A DNA stretch of 64,000 nucleotides, taken from NCBI RefSeq assembly GCF_009931435.1, contig NZ_CP043414.1; one strand, 5' to 3'. The translations under genes were made by a program, and so were the position numbers. The number at the start of each line of letters is the position of its first letter. The stretch's first letter is position 1. Below are positions 24,129 to 35,146 of this stretch, one piece after another. This DNA comes from Escherichia coli. GTDB taxonomy: Bacteria; Pseudomonadota; Gammaproteobacteria; Enterobacterales; Enterobacteriaceae. A model generated the notes under the pieces. That model ran no database searches and was not told the origin of the DNA. It was given only the letters and a program-made list of their open reading frames with translations.

Positions 24129-25862
24129 GTGAAACAACAGATACAACTTCGTCGCCGTGAAGTCGATGAAACGGCAGACTTGCCCGCTGAATTGCCTCCC
24201 TTGCTGCGCCGTTTATATGCCAGCCGGGGAGTACGCAGTGCGCAAGAACTGGAACGCAGTGTTAAAGGTATGCTGCCCTGGCAGCAACTGAGCGGCGTCG
24301 AAAAGGCCGTTGAGATCCTTTACAACGCTTTTCGCGAAGGAACGCGGATTATGGTGGTCGGTGACTTCGACGCCGACGGTGCCACCAGCACGGCTCTAAG
24401 CGTGCTGGCGATGCGCTCGCTTGGTTGCAGCAATATCGACTACCTGGTACCAAACCGTTTCGAAGACGGTTACGGCTTAAGCCCGGAAGTGGTCGATCAG
24501 GCCCATGCCCGTGGCGCGCAGTTAATTGTCACGGTGGATAACGGCATTTCCTCCCATACGGGGGTTGAACATGCTCGATCGTTGGGCATTCCGGTTATTG
24601 TTACCGATCACCATTTGCCGGGCGAAACATTACCCGCGGCGAAAGCGATCATTAACCCTAACTTGCGCGACTGCAATTTCCCGTCGAAATCACTGGCAGG
24701 CGTGGGGGTGGCGTTTTATCTGATGCTGGCGCTGCGCACCTTTTTGCGCGATCAGGGCTGGTTTGATGAGCGCGGCATCGCAATTCCTAACCTGGCAGAA
24801 CTGCTGGATCTGGTCGCGTTGGGGACAGTGGCGGACGTCGTGCCGCTGGATGCTAATAATCGCATTCTGACCTGGCAGGGGATGAGTCGCATCCGTGCCG
24901 GAAAGTGCCGTCCAGGGATTAAAGCGTTGCTGGAAGTGGCCAACCGCGATGCGCAAAAACTCGCCGCCAGCGATTTAGGTTTTGCGCTGGGGCCACGTCT
25001 CAATGCAGCCGGGAGACTGGATGATATGTCCGTTGGTGTGGCGCTGTTGCTGTGCGACAATATCGGCGAAGCGCGAGTACTGGCAAATGAACTCGATGCG
25101 CTAAACCAGACGCGAAAAGAGATCGAACAGGGAATGCAGGTTGAAGCCCTGACCCTGTGCGAGAAACTGGAGCGCAGCCGCGACACGCTACCCGGCGGGC
25201 TGGCAATGTATCACCCGGAATGGCATCAGGGCGTTGTCGGTATTCTGGCTTCGCGTATTAAAGAGCGTTTTCACCGTCCGGTTATCGCTTTTGCGCCTGC
25301 GGGTGACGGTACGCTGAAAGGTTCCGGTCGCTCCATTCAGGGGCTGCATATGCGTGATGCGCTGGAGCGGCTAGACACACTCTACCCCGGCATGATGCTG
25401 AAGTTTGGCGGTCATGCGATGGCGGCAGGCCTGTCGCTGGAAGAGGATAAATTCGAACTCTTTCAGCAACGGTTTGGCGAACTGGTTACTGAGTGGCTGG
25501 ACCCTTCGCTATTGCAAGGCGAAGTGGTGTCAGACGGTCCGCTAAGCCCAGCCGAAATGACCATGGAAGTGGCGCAGCTGCTGCGCGATGCTGGCCCGTG
25601 GGGGCAGATGTTCCCGGAGCCGCTGTTTGACGGTCATTTCCGTCTGCTGCAACAGCGGCTGGTGGGCGAGCGTCATTTGAAAGTCATGGTCGAACCGGTC
25701 GGCGGCGGTCCGCTGCTGGACGGTATTGCTTTTAATGTCGATACCGCCCTCTGGCCGGATAACGGCGTGCGCGAAGTGCAACTGGCTTACAAGCTGGATA
25801 TCAACGAGTTTCGCGGCAACCGCAGCCTGCAAATTATCATCGACAATATCTGGCCAATTTAG
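24129..25862 (+). CDS. recJ: Single-stranded-DNA-specific 5-prime to 3-prime exonuclease RecJ (GTG start)
   Basis: Track ORF 577 aa; DHH/DHHA1 motifs. Confidence 0.95.
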   Translation: MKQQIQLRRREVDETADLPAELPPLLRRLYASRGVRSAQELERSVKGMLPWQQLSGVEKAVEILYNAFREGTRIMVVGDFDADGATSTALSVLAMRSLGCSNIDYLVPNRFEDGYGLSPEVVDQAHARGAQLIVTVDNGISSHTGVEHARSLGIPVIVTDHHLPGETLPAAKAIINPNLRDCNFPSKSLAGVGVAFYLMLALRTFLRDQGWFDERGIAIPNLAELLDLVALGTVADVVPLDANNRILTWQGMSRIRAGKCRPGIKALLEVANRDAQKLAASDLGFALGPRLNAAGRLDDMSVGVALLLCDNIGEARVLANELDALNQTRKEIEQGMQVEALTLCEKLERSRDTLPGGLAMYHPEWHQGVVGILASRIKERFHRPVIAFAPAGDGTLKGSGRSIQGLHMRDALERLDTLYPGMMLKFGGHAMAAGLSLEEDKFELFQQRFGELVTEWLDPSLLQGEVVSDGPLSPAEMTMEVAQLLRDAGPWGQMFPEPLFDGHFRLLQQRLVGERHLKVMVEPVGGGPLLDGIAFNVDTALWPDNGVREVQLAYKLDINEFRGNRSLQIIIDNIWPI

Positions 25863-25952
25863 CGTCATATTATCTATAAAAAAGAGCGTGGATTGGGTAC
25901 AATCCCGCTCTTATCACCGCATTTTGACTAGCTCAATAAAAGAAATCAGACC

Positions 25953-27051
25953 ATGTTTGAAATTAATCCGGTAAATAATCGCATTCAGGACCTCACGGAA
26001 CGCTCCGACGTTCTTAGGGGGTATCTTTGACTATGACGCCAAGAAAGAGCGTCTGGAAGAAGTAAACGCCGAGCTGGAACAGCCGGATGTCTGGAACGAA
26101 CCCGAACGCGCACAGGCGCTGGGTAAAGAGCGTTCCTCCCTCGAAGCCGTTGTCGACACCCTCGACCAAATGAAACAGGGGCTGGAAGATGTTTCTGGTC
26201 TGCTGGAGCTGGCTGTAGAAGCTGACGACGAAGAAACCTTTAACGAAGCCGTTGCTGAACTCGACGCCCTGGAAGAAAAACTGGCGCAGCTTGAGTTCCG
26301 TCGTATGTTCTCTGGCGAATATGATAGCGCCGACTGCTACCTCGATATTCAGGCAGGTTCTGGCGGTACGGAAGCACAGGACTGGGCGAGCATGCTTGAG
26401 CGTATGTATCTGCGCTGGGCTGAATCGCGTGGTTTCAAAACTGAAATTATCGAAGAGTCGGAAGGTGAAGTGGCGGGTATTAAATCCGTGACTATCAAAA
26501 TCTCCGGCGATTACGCTTACGGCTGGCTGCGTACAGAAACTGGCGTTCACCGCCTGGTGCGTAAGAGCCCGTTTGACTCCGGCGGTCGTCGCCACACGTC
26601 GTTCAGCTCCGCGTTTGTTTACCCGGAAGTCGATGATGATATCGATATCGAAATCAATCCGGCGGATCTGCGCATCGACGTTTATCGCGCATCCGGCGCG
26701 GGTGGTCAGCACGTTAACCGTACCGAATCTGCGGTGCGTATTACTCACATCCCAACCGGGATCGTGACCCAGTGCCAGAACGACCGTTCCCAGCACAAGA
26801 ATAAAGACCAGGCCATGAAGCAGATGAAAGCGAAGCTTTATGAACTGGAGATGCAGAAGAAAAATGCCGAGAAACAGGCGATGGAAGATAACAAATCCGA
26901 CATCGGCTGGGGCAGCCAGATTCGTTCTTATGTCCTTGATGACTCCCGCATTAAAGATCTGCGCACCGGGGTAGAAACCCGCAACACGCAGGCCGTGCTG
27001 GACGGCAGCCTGGATCAATTTATCGAAGCAAGTTTGAAAGCAGGGTTATGA
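25953..27051 (+). CDS. prfB: Peptide chain release factor 2, requires programmed +1 ribosomal frameshift at codon 26 (CTT TGA C)
   Basis: ATG at 25953 gives [25 protein letters not shown] then in-frame TGA at 26028-26030; +1 frame continues as [13 protein letters not shown]... to 27051 (track ORF 26170..27051); GGQ motif present. Confidence 0.93.
26016..26031 (+). other. prfB autoregulatory +1 frameshift site (internal SD AGGGGG + CUU UGA C)
   Basis: Sequence agggggtatctttgac read directly. Confidence 0.9.
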
Positions 27052-27060
27052 GGAACCAAC

Positions 27061-28578
27061 ATGTCTGAACAACACGCACAGGGCGCTGACGCGGTAGTCG
27101 ATCTTAACAATGAACTGAAAACGCGTCGTGAGAAGCTGGCGAACCTGCGCGAGCAGGGGATTGCCTTCCCGAACGATTTCCGTCGCGATCATACCTCTGA
27201 CCAATTGCACGCAGAATTCGACGGTAAAGAGAACGAAGAACTGGAAGCGCTGAACATCGAAGTTGCCGTTGCTGGCCGCATGATGACCCGTCGTATTATG
27301 GGTAAAGCCTCCTTCGTTACTCTGCAGGACGTTGGCGGCCGCATTCAGCTGTACGTTGCCCGTGACGATTTACCGGAAGGCGTTTACAACGATCAATTCA
27401 AAAAATGGGATCTCGGCGATATCCTCGGCGCGAAAGGTAAACTGTTCAAAACCAAAACGGGTGAACTGTCTATCCACTGTACCGAGCTGCGTCTGCTGAC
27501 CAAAGCACTGCGTCCGCTGCCGGACAAATTCCACGGTTTGCAGGATCAGGAAGCGCGCTATCGTCAGCGTTATCTGGATCTCATTTCTAACGATGAATCC
27601 CGCAACACCTTTAAAGTGCGTTCGCAGATCCTCTCTGGCATTCGCCAGTTCATGGTGAATCGTGGCTTTATGGAAGTTGAAACGCCGATGATGCAGGTGA
27701 TCCCAGGCGGCGCGGCGGCGCGTCCGTTTATCACCCATCACAATGCGCTGGATCTCGACATGTACCTGCGTATCGCGCCGGAACTGTACCTCAAGCGTCT
27801 GGTGGTTGGTGGCTTCGAGCGTGTATTCGAAATCAACCGTAACTTCCGTAACGAAGGTATTTCCGTACGTCATAACCCAGAGTTCACCATGATGGAACTC
27901 TATATGGCTTACGCGGATTACAAAGATCTGATCGAGCTGACCGAATCGCTGTTCCGTACTCTGGCACAGGATATTCTCGGTAAGACGGAAGTGACCTACG
28001 GCGACGTGACGCTGGACTTCGGTAAACCGTTCGAAAAACTGACCATGCGTGAAGCGATCAAGAAATATCGCCCGGAAACCGACATGGCGGATCTGGACAA
28101 CTTCGACTCTGCGAAAGCGATTGCTGAATCTATCGGCATCCACGTTGAGAAGAGCTGGGGTCTGGGCCGTATCGTTACCGAGATCTTCGAAGAAGTGGCA
28201 GAAGCACATCTGATTCAGCCGACCTTCATTACTGAATATCCGGCAGAAGTTTCTCCGCTGGCGCGTCGTAATGACGTTAACCCGGAAATCACTGACCGCT
28301 TTGAGTTCTTCATTGGTGGTCGTGAAATCGGTAACGGTTTTAGCGAGCTGAATGACGCGGAAGATCAGGCGCAGCGCTTCCTGGATCAGGTTGCCGCGAA
28401 AGACGCAGGCGACGACGAAGCGATGTTCTACGACGAAGATTATGTCACCGCACTGGAACACGGCTTACCGCCGACAGCAGGTCTGGGAATTGGTATCGAC
28501 CGTATGGTAATGCTGTTCACCAACAGCCATACCATCCGCGACGTTATTCTGTTCCCGGCGATGCGTCCGGTGAAATAA
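27061..28578 (+). CDS. lysS: Lysyl-tRNA synthetase (constitutive)
   Basis: Track ORF 505 aa, class II aaRS motifs; recognised LysS sequence. Confidence 0.95.
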   Translation: MSEQHAQGADAVVDLNNELKTRREKLANLREQGIAFPNDFRRDHTSDQLHAEFDGKENEELEALNIEVAVAGRMMTRRIMGKASFVTLQDVGGRIQLYVARDDLPEGVYNDQFKKWDLGDILGAKGKLFKTKTGELSIHCTELRLLTKALRPLPDKFHGLQDQEARYRQRYLDLISNDESRNTFKVRSQILSGIRQFMVNRGFMEVETPMMQVIPGGAAARPFITHHNALDLDMYLRIAPELYLKRLVVGGFERVFEINRNFRNEGISVRHNPEFTMMELYMAYADYKDLIELTESLFRTLAQDILGKTEVTYGDVTLDFGKPFEKLTMREAIKKYRPETDMADLDNFDSAKAIAESIGIHVEKSWGLGRIVTEIFEEVAEAHLIQPTFITEYPAEVSPLARRNDVNPEITDRFEFFIGGREIGNGFSELNDAEDQAQRFLDQVAAKDAGDDEAMFYDEDYVTALEHGLPPTAGLGIGIDRMVMLFTNSHTIRDVILFPAMRPVK

Positions 28579-28598
28579 GCATTACGTTATGCTCACAA

Positions 28599-28626
28599 CC
28601 CCGGCAAATGTCGGGGTTTTTTATTT
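28599..28626 (+). terminator. Rho-independent terminator after lysS (overlaps idi stop)
   Basis: Stem ccccggcaaatgtcgggg followed by T-run. Confidence 0.85.
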
Positions 28627-29169
28627 AAGCTGGGTAAATGCAGATAATCGTTTTCTGGCTTCGCGATTTGTCGCCTGCATCACCATCCACGGACTGAACG
28701 CCCACGGCGTGGCATCAATACCGCGTAAAACCGCTGCTAAATCACACCATTGATAATCCATCACTTCATCATCGTTGATCTGTAACGCACTGGTCGTGCG
28801 TGCGGCAAATACCGGACATACTTCATTTTCTACAATGCCATTCGGATCGGTGGCGCGGTAGCGAAAGTCAGGATAGACCGGTTCTGGTGCTGTTATTTCC
28901 ACACCCAGTTCAAAGCGGCAACGGCGGATCACCGCGTATTCGTTGCTTTCGCCCAGTTGTGGGTGCCCACAAACCGAGTTAGTCCACACGCCCGGCCATG
29001 CTTTTTTGCTAAGGGCGCGGCGGGTAACTAATAATTGCCCTTTGGCATTAAACAGCCAGCAGGAGAACGCGAGATGTAAGAGAGTGTCTGCCGTGTGTGC
29101 GGCATACTTTTCCAGCGTACCCGTGGGAACTCCCTGTGCATTCAATAAAATGACGTGTTCCGTTTGCAT
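28621..29169 (-). CDS. idi: Isopentenyl-diphosphate delta-isomerase (Nudix type I)
   Basis: Track ORF 182 aa, recognised Idi sequence. Confidence 0.93.
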   Translation of the reverse strand: MQTEHVILLNAQGVPTGTLEKYAAHTADTLLHLAFSCWLFNAKGQLLVTRRALSKKAWPGVWTNSVCGHPQLGESNEYAVIRRCRFELGVEITAPEPVYPDFRYRATDPNGIVENEVCPVFAARTTSALQINDDEVMDYQWCDLAAVLRGIDATPWAFSPWMVMQATNREARKRLSAFTQLK

Positions 29170-29417
29170 AATTTCTCACATGTAATTCTAATCACTCATC
29201 ATTATAGATAATTGAAGAGTGAAATGATTAACCAAGTGAGCGTTTATCGACAACCGCCCGTTTTGAGCGGATGTCGACAGGTAAAACCATTTAAAAAAGC
29301 AGCATCATATATTTGAAGCGACTTTCAATGGCCATTGCAACACAGTCAGAAATGACAGGAATAGAGAGAGTAAAAAGCAACAACAGACTGAATATAGCGC
29401 GCATTAAAAGATTCATA

Positions 29418-30866
29418 TTATTCTCCATGCTCATTTTTCTTCAGCTTGCGCATCAGAAGCCACATACGTACTGTCCTGACTTTTAAATCTTTATCAGAGA
29501 CGGATTCCTTCACCAGATCAGCATGATGCTGATAGCCATTAAAGAAGACGTTCAGCACAACGGCGCTAAGGGTTGCGAGCATAATGCCGCTATGCAGCAA
29601 CGGTTGCAGTACGGCCGGTAACTTAGAAAAGAAATCGTGTGAGAGCGTCGGAGTCATGCCAACGCCGAGACTGATCGCCACAATATAGAGGTTGTAACGG
29701 TTAGTGGTGTAGTTACAGCGCGACAGAATTCGAATCCCCGTCGCCAGTACCATGCCGAACATCACCAGCCCTGCGCCGCCAAGCACAAATTGCGGAATCG
29801 AGGCTACCAGCACCGCCATTTTGGGCACCATGCCAAACATGATTAATATGATCCCCGAAGAAATACACACCCAGCGACTATGAACGCGAGTCACGCTAAC
29901 CAGGCCAACGTTTTGAGAAAATGACGTGTGGGGGAAGCTGTTAAACGTTCCGCCTATCATTGTCCCTACACCATCGACACGCAGCCCGCGAATAATATCG
30001 TGCGAAGAGAGTTTACGACCGACTATTTCACCCAGTGCCAGGAACATCCCCATCGACTCGATAAACACGATGATTAACACAGCGGTCATGGTTAGAATAG
30101 AAACGGGGTCAAATACCGGCATACCAAACGACATTGGGGTGACAATCGCAAACCACGAAGCATCATGTAGCCCGGACAAATTGACTTCATTCATCATCCA
30201 CGAAAGTAAAAAGCCAAATACAATCCCCAGTAATACGGCGACGTTGGACATAAATCCTTTCGCATAGCGAGTAATGAGCAAGATAAAAATTAAGACGGCA
30301 AAGGAGATACCTAAATAAACGGGATTACCATATTGCGGATTCCCTTTACCTCCAGCGGCCCAGTCAATACCGACCTGAATAATGCTAAGCCCGATAGAAG
30401 TAATAACCACACCGGTAACCAGTGGCGGGAATAAAGGCATTAAGCGACCGATAAGTGGTGCTAATAATGTGGTGATAAATCCCGCGGCGATAGTGGCACC
30501 AAATATCCCCAGCAGGCCGATATCCGGGTTCATGCCAATGGCTATCATTGGTGTTACAGCAGCAAAGGTTACCGACATAATCACCGGCAGACGGATCCCC
30601 ATAAAGCGGCCGATACCGATACATTGTAATAATGTGACGATCCCGCAGCAAAAGAGATCCGAGCTAATGAGCATCGCAATAGCTTCTTTTGAGAGGCCCA
30701 GTCGGTCACCAATCATAAGAGGAACAGCGACTGCACCTGCGTACATTACAAGGACGTGTTGCAGACCGAGTATGATCAGCTTTCCTGGTGATAATATGCG
30801 GTCAACCTCATCAGTTGGGCGGTCTTGCCCTGAAGATGAGGGAAGTTGGGAATCTATGGCGCTCAT
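29418..30866 (-). CDS. uacT: NCS2-family uric acid/xanthine permease
   Basis: Track ORF 29418..30995 (TTG artefact start); recognised protein begins MSAIDSQLPSSSGQDRPTDE at internal ATG; 482 aa, many TM helices. Confidence 0.88.
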   Translation of the reverse strand: MSAIDSQLPSSSGQDRPTDEVDRILSPGKLIILGLQHVLVMYAGAVAVPLMIGDRLGLSKEAIAMLISSDLFCCGIVTLLQCIGIGRFMGIRLPVIMSVTFAAVTPMIAIGMNPDIGLLGIFGATIAAGFITTLLAPLIGRLMPLFPPLVTGVVITSIGLSIIQVGIDWAAGGKGNPQYGNPVYLGISFAVLIFILLITRYAKGFMSNVAVLLGIVFGFLLSWMMNEVNLSGLHDASWFAIVTPMSFGMPVFDPVSILTMTAVLIIVFIESMGMFLALGEIVGRKLSSHDIIRGLRVDGVGTMIGGTFNSFPHTSFSQNVGLVSVTRVHSRWVCISSGIILIMFGMVPKMAVLVASIPQFVLGGAGLVMFGMVLATGIRILSRCNYTTNRYNLYIVAISLGVGMTPTLSHDFFSKLPAVLQPLLHSGIMLATLSAVVLNVFFNGYQHHADLVKESVSDKDLKVRTVRMWLLMRKLKKNEHGE

Positions 30867-31300
30867 CAGTGTTTCTCCTTTCGCCCGCCAGAGTAAAAAG
30901 CAACCGTTTACGTTCATGAAACTGTTTAAACACATGCTCGTGGAGTGCCAGTTTTTGCAAGGAAGGGGAGTTAGAGACAGGAATTGCGGAGGCAATCACA
31001 TAATCGTGATTAAACTACGAAAATGAGAAGAGAACCAGACAGTGGAATTATCTGCAATTTTCTCATATTGATATTTTATTAATCATTCTGGCATGTAGCT
31101 CTCTCGCATTTAATCAAGTTTATCTGGATAGCTCTCTTTTGGACCTTGATGTTGAAATAATGAAAGCGGCACAGATTGAGGGGTAATAATTTGAACTTAG
31201 TCACAAACTTATAATTAAAAAGTCATTCTACCTAATATATGCCCGTTTATTGCATCGCGAACTTTGAGAAGACATAACTCATTAAATGAAAGGGATGCAA

Positions 31301-33220
31301 ATGAATAAGTTTATCGCTGCTGAAGCTGCGGAATGTATAGGCTGTCATGCTTGTGAAATTGCCTGTGCGGTGGCACACAATCAAGAAAACTGGCCGCTGA
31401 GTCACAGTGACTTTCGACCGCGTATCCACGTTGTAGGGAAAGGCCAGGCTGCGAATCCGGTGGCCTGTCATCACTGCAACAATGCTCCTTGCGTTACGGC
31501 TTGTCCGGTTAATGCTCTGACTTTCCAGCCCGATAGCGTACAACTGGACGAGCAAAAATGTATTGGTTGTAAAAGATGCGCAATCGCTTGCCCCTTTGGC
31601 GTCGTTGAGATGGTCGATACGATTGCGCAGAAATGCGACCTTTGTAACCAGCGCAGTTCCGGCACGCAAGCCTGTATTGACGTATGCCCAACACAGGCGT
31701 TACGGCTGATGGACGATAAAGGGTTGCAGCAGATAAAGGTGGCCCGCCAGCGCAAAACGGCAGCAGGAAAAGCGTCATCAGACGCTCAGCCATCTCGCAG
31801 TGCAGCGTTGCTCCCCGTTAACTCGCGTAAAGGCGCAGATAAAATTTCAGCGAGTGAACGGAAAACCCACTTTGGCGAAATTTATTGCGGGCTGGATCCA
31901 CAACAAGCGACTTATGAGAGTGACCGCTGTGTTTATTGCGCCGAAAAAGCTAACTGCAACTGGCATTGCCCGCTGCATAACGCTATTCCGGATTACATCC
32001 GTCTGGTGCAGGAAGGAAAGATTATTGAAGCGGCAGAACTTTGCCACCAGACCAGTTCCTTACCAGAAATCTGCGGCAGGGTATGTCCACAGGACCGTCT
32101 TTGTGAAGGCGCATGTACTTTGAAAGATCACTCTGGCGCAGTCTCTATCGGTAATCTGGAACGCTACATCACCGATACCGCGCTGGCGATGGGCTGGCGT
32201 CCTGATGTCAGCCATGTTGTTCCCCGTATCGAAAAAGTGGCGGTGATTGGCGCAGGGCCTGCAGGGTTAGGGTGTGCTGATATTCTGGCGCGCGCAGGAG
32301 TTCAGGTTGATGTCTTTGATCGCCATCCAGAAATTGGCGGTATGCTGACTTTTGGCATACCTCCTTTCAAACTCGATAAAACGGTATTAAGCCAGCGGCG
32401 AGAGATATTCACCGCAATGGGAATCGACTTTCATCTTAACTGTGAAATTGGCCGCGATATTACCTTTAGCGATTTAACTTCTGAATATGATGCCGTTTTC
32501 ATCGGCGTGGGGACTTACGGGATGATGCGAGCAGATCTGCCGCATGAAGATGCGCCCGGTGTCATTCAGGCTCTACCGTTCCTGACTGCCCATACCCGCC
32601 AGTTGATGGGATTGCCGGAGTCTGAAGAGTATCCGCTGACGGATGTGGAAGGTAAGCGAGTCGTGGTATTGGGCGGTGGCGATACGACCATGGATTGTTT
32701 GCGGACTTCCATCCGCCTCAATGCCGCCAGCGTGACCTGCGCGTATCGTCGTGATGAAGTCAGTATGCCGGGCTCGCGCAAAGAGGTGGTCAATGCGCGC
32801 GAGGAAGGTGTCGAGTTTCAGTTCAATGTTCAGCCGCAATATATCGCTTGTGACGTAGATGGGCGTTTAACTGCGGTGGGCCTTATTCGTACCGCTATGG
32901 GTGAGCCGGGTCCGGATGGACGCCGTCGTCCTCGTCCGGTAGCGGGTTCAGAGTTTGAGCTGCCTGCCGATGTTCTGATTATGGCCTTTGGTTTCCAGGC
33001 GCATGCCATGCCGTGGTTGCAAGGCAGCGGAATTAAGCTCGATAAATGGGGCCTGATTCAAACCGGGGACGTCGGGTATTTACCTACCCAGACGCACCTG
33101 AAAAAAGTCTTTGCTGGTGGGGATGCAGTTCATGGCGCGGATCTGGTTGTCACTGCAATGGCCGCAGGAAGGCAAGCGGCGCGCGATATGTTAACTCTGT
33201 TTGATTCGAAGGCATCGTGA
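31301..33220 (+). CDS. ygfT: Fused 4Fe-4S ferredoxin-like / NAD(P)H-flavin oxidoreductase (GltD/PreT-like small-subunit homolog)
   Basis: Track ORF 31286..33220; N-terminal Cys clusters ([32 protein letters not shown]), central FAD/NAD motif [14 protein letters not shown]; 639 aa from [11 protein letters not shown]. Confidence 0.88.
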   Translation: MNKFIAAEAAECIGCHACEIACAVAHNQENWPLSHSDFRPRIHVVGKGQAANPVACHHCNNAPCVTACPVNALTFQPDSVQLDEQKCIGCKRCAIACPFGVVEMVDTIAQKCDLCNQRSSGTQACIDVCPTQALRLMDDKGLQQIKVARQRKTAAGKASSDAQPSRSAALLPVNSRKGADKISASERKTHFGEIYCGLDPQQATYESDRCVYCAEKANCNWHCPLHNAIPDYIRLVQEGKIIEAAELCHQTSSLPEICGRVCPQDRLCEGACTLKDHSGAVSIGNLERYITDTALAMGWRPDVSHVVPRIEKVAVIGAGPAGLGCADILARAGVQVDVFDRHPEIGGMLTFGIPPFKLDKTVLSQRREIFTAMGIDFHLNCEIGRDITFSDLTSEYDAVFIGVGTYGMMRADLPHEDAPGVIQALPFLTAHTRQLMGLPESEEYPLTDVEGKRVVVLGGGDTTMDCLRTSIRLNAASVTCAYRRDEVSMPGSRKEVVNAREEGVEFQFNVQPQYIACDVDGRLTAVGLIRTAMGEPGPDGRRRPRPVAGSEFELPADVLIMAFGFQAHAMPWLQGSGIKLDKWGLIQTGDVGYLPTQTHLKKVFAGGDAVHGADLVVTAMAAGRQAARDMLTLFDSKAS

Positions 33221-33708
33221 TGAAATCGTTAATTATCGTTAATCCGGCTGACTGTATTGGCTGCCGTACTTGTGAAGTGGCCTGTGTGGTCGCTCACCCT
33301 TCAGAACAGGAGTTGAATGCCGATGTCTTTTTACCCCGGCTGAAGGTACAGCGACTGGACTGCATCAGTGCGCCGGTGATGTGCCATCAGTGTGAAAACG
33401 CCCCTTGTGTTGGCGCTTGCCCCGTGGGAGCGCTGACGATGGGCGAGCAGGTGGTGCAGGCCAATTCTGCCCGTTGTATTGGCTGTCAGAGTTGCGTCAG
33501 TGCGTGCCCGTTTGGGATGATAACCATTCAGTCGTTGCCGGGGGATACCCGGCAACAAATTGTGAAATGCGATCTCTGTGAACAGCGGGAAGAGGGGCCT
33601 GCCTGCGTTGAATCTTGCCCGACACAGGCGCTGCAGTTGCTTACTGAAAGAGAACTCAGGCGAGTCCGCCAGCAGCGTATTGTTGCCAGCGGTGAGAATC
33701 CTCTCTGA
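33220..33708 (+). CDS. ygfS: 4Fe-4S ferredoxin-type protein
   Basis: Track ORF 33217..33708; four Cys clusters ([38 protein letters not shown]); start codon overlaps ygfT stop. Confidence 0.85.
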   Translation: MKSLIIVNPADCIGCRTCEVACVVAHPSEQELNADVFLPRLKVQRLDCISAPVMCHQCENAPCVGACPVGALTMGEQVVQANSARCIGCQSCVSACPFGMITIQSLPGDTRQQIVKCDLCEQREEGPACVESCPTQALQLLTERELRRVRQQRIVASGENPL

Positions 33709-33711
33709 AAG

Positions 33712-33737
33712 AATTCTCCGCGCTGAAAGGCGCGGAG
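33712..33737. terminator. Bidirectional hairpin between convergent ygfS and ghxQ
   Basis: ttctccgcgctgaaaggcgcggagaa palindrome. Confidence 0.5.
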
Positions 33738-33743
33738 AATCTA

Positions 33744-35111
33744 TTAGATAGCCCATCCACCCGCGTAAAATGCGACCAGTGCGGCAGTAATGATTACCGT
33801 ACCAATATTCAGCTTTTGCCATTCGCGTGCAAAGACGCGGCCTACGACCAGTGTCACAAAGCCCAGCATAATACCGGTAACGATATTACAAGTCAGAACG
33901 ATAAACACGGCACACACCAGGCCAGCCATTGCGTCAATAAAATCGTTGAAATCCAGCTTCGAGACGTTACTTAACATCAGCAAACCTACGTACATCAGAG
34001 CGGGTGCAGTGGCGTAACCAGGGATCAAAAATGACAGTGGTGATAAAAACAGAATCAACAGGAATAACGCCCCCACTACGGTTGCGGTCAACCCTGTTTT
34101 ACCCCCGGCGGCGGTTCCTGCCGCTGATTCGATATAAACCGCTGCGGGCGCAGCACCCACCAGGCCGGAGAATATTGAACTTACTGAGTCACTGGTCAGG
34201 GCTTTACCGCCGTTGATGATCTGGTTGTCTTTATCTAACAAATTCGCCTGACCGGCGACGGCACGGATGGTACCGGTGGCGTCGAACACTGCGGTCATCA
34301 CCAATGCCAGTACACTCGGAAGTACAGTTGGCTGGAGTGCCCCCATAATATCGAGGCTGAAAATCAGAGACTTACCATCTTCGCCAGTCAGACTGGGCAT
34401 CGCCACCAGACCGTGGTACTTCACCGCTGGATCAAAGATTAAGCCGATGATCGAAATTGCAATAATCACCAACAAGATCCCGCCAGGTACGCGGCACTTT
34501 TCCAGACCGAAGATGACCGCCAGACCCAGTAAGCTCATCATCACCGGGAAGGAGGTAAACGCACCGAGCGCCACCGGCAAGCCTTCAATCGGGTTTTTGA
34601 TAACCATTCCCACACCGTTAGCAGCAATCAGCAGCAGAAACAGGCCGATACCGATACCTGTGCCGTGAGCGATACCCATCGGTAAATTACGTAATATCCA
34701 GGTTCGCACACCGGTTACAGAAATGGCGGTGAAGATGACGCCCATCAGAAAGACCGCACCCAGTGCGACAGGAACGCTAATTTGTTGCCCGAGTACCAGA
34801 CTGAATGCGGTAAATGCCGTTAAGGAAATAGCGCAACCAATCGCCATTGGCAAGTTGGCCCACAAGCCCATCAGCAACGAGCCGAAGCCCGCGACCAGAC
34901 AGGTGGCAACAAACACAGCTGCGGGAGGAAAACCTGCTTTGCCCAGCATTCCCGGAACGACGATAACGGAATAAACCATGGCCAGAAAGGTCGTTAAGCC
35001 AGCCAGTACTTCCTGACGAACGGTACTGCCACGAGCGGTAATTTTAAAATAATTATCCAGCGCGCCTTGTGGCTTTGGTGCGTCCGGTGTTTGTAGGATG
35101 TCTCCAGACAT
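33744..35111 (-). CDS. ghxQ: NCS2/AzgA-family guanine/hypoxanthine permease
   Basis: Track ORF 455 aa; polytopic membrane protein. Confidence 0.88.
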   Translation of the reverse strand: MSGDILQTPDAPKPQGALDNYFKITARGSTVRQEVLAGLTTFLAMVYSVIVVPGMLGKAGFPPAAVFVATCLVAGFGSLLMGLWANLPMAIGCAISLTAFTAFSLVLGQQISVPVALGAVFLMGVIFTAISVTGVRTWILRNLPMGIAHGTGIGIGLFLLLIAANGVGMVIKNPIEGLPVALGAFTSFPVMMSLLGLAVIFGLEKCRVPGGILLVIIAISIIGLIFDPAVKYHGLVAMPSLTGEDGKSLIFSLDIMGALQPTVLPSVLALVMTAVFDATGTIRAVAGQANLLDKDNQIINGGKALTSDSVSSIFSGLVGAAPAAVYIESAAGTAAGGKTGLTATVVGALFLLILFLSPLSFLIPGYATAPALMYVGLLMLSNVSKLDFNDFIDAMAGLVCAVFIVLTCNIVTGIMLGFVTLVVGRVFAREWQKLNIGTVIITAALVAFYAGGWAI

Positions 35112-35146
35112 AATGATGTCCTCACGAGGATGTTAAAGTTTTATTA

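Noticed and set aside
26014-27018. 334-aa minus-strand ORF opposite prfB and 363-aa minus-strand ORF (27370..28461) opposite lysS
   Set aside because: Antisense to strongly supported essential genes; low-complexity translations typical of shadow frames.
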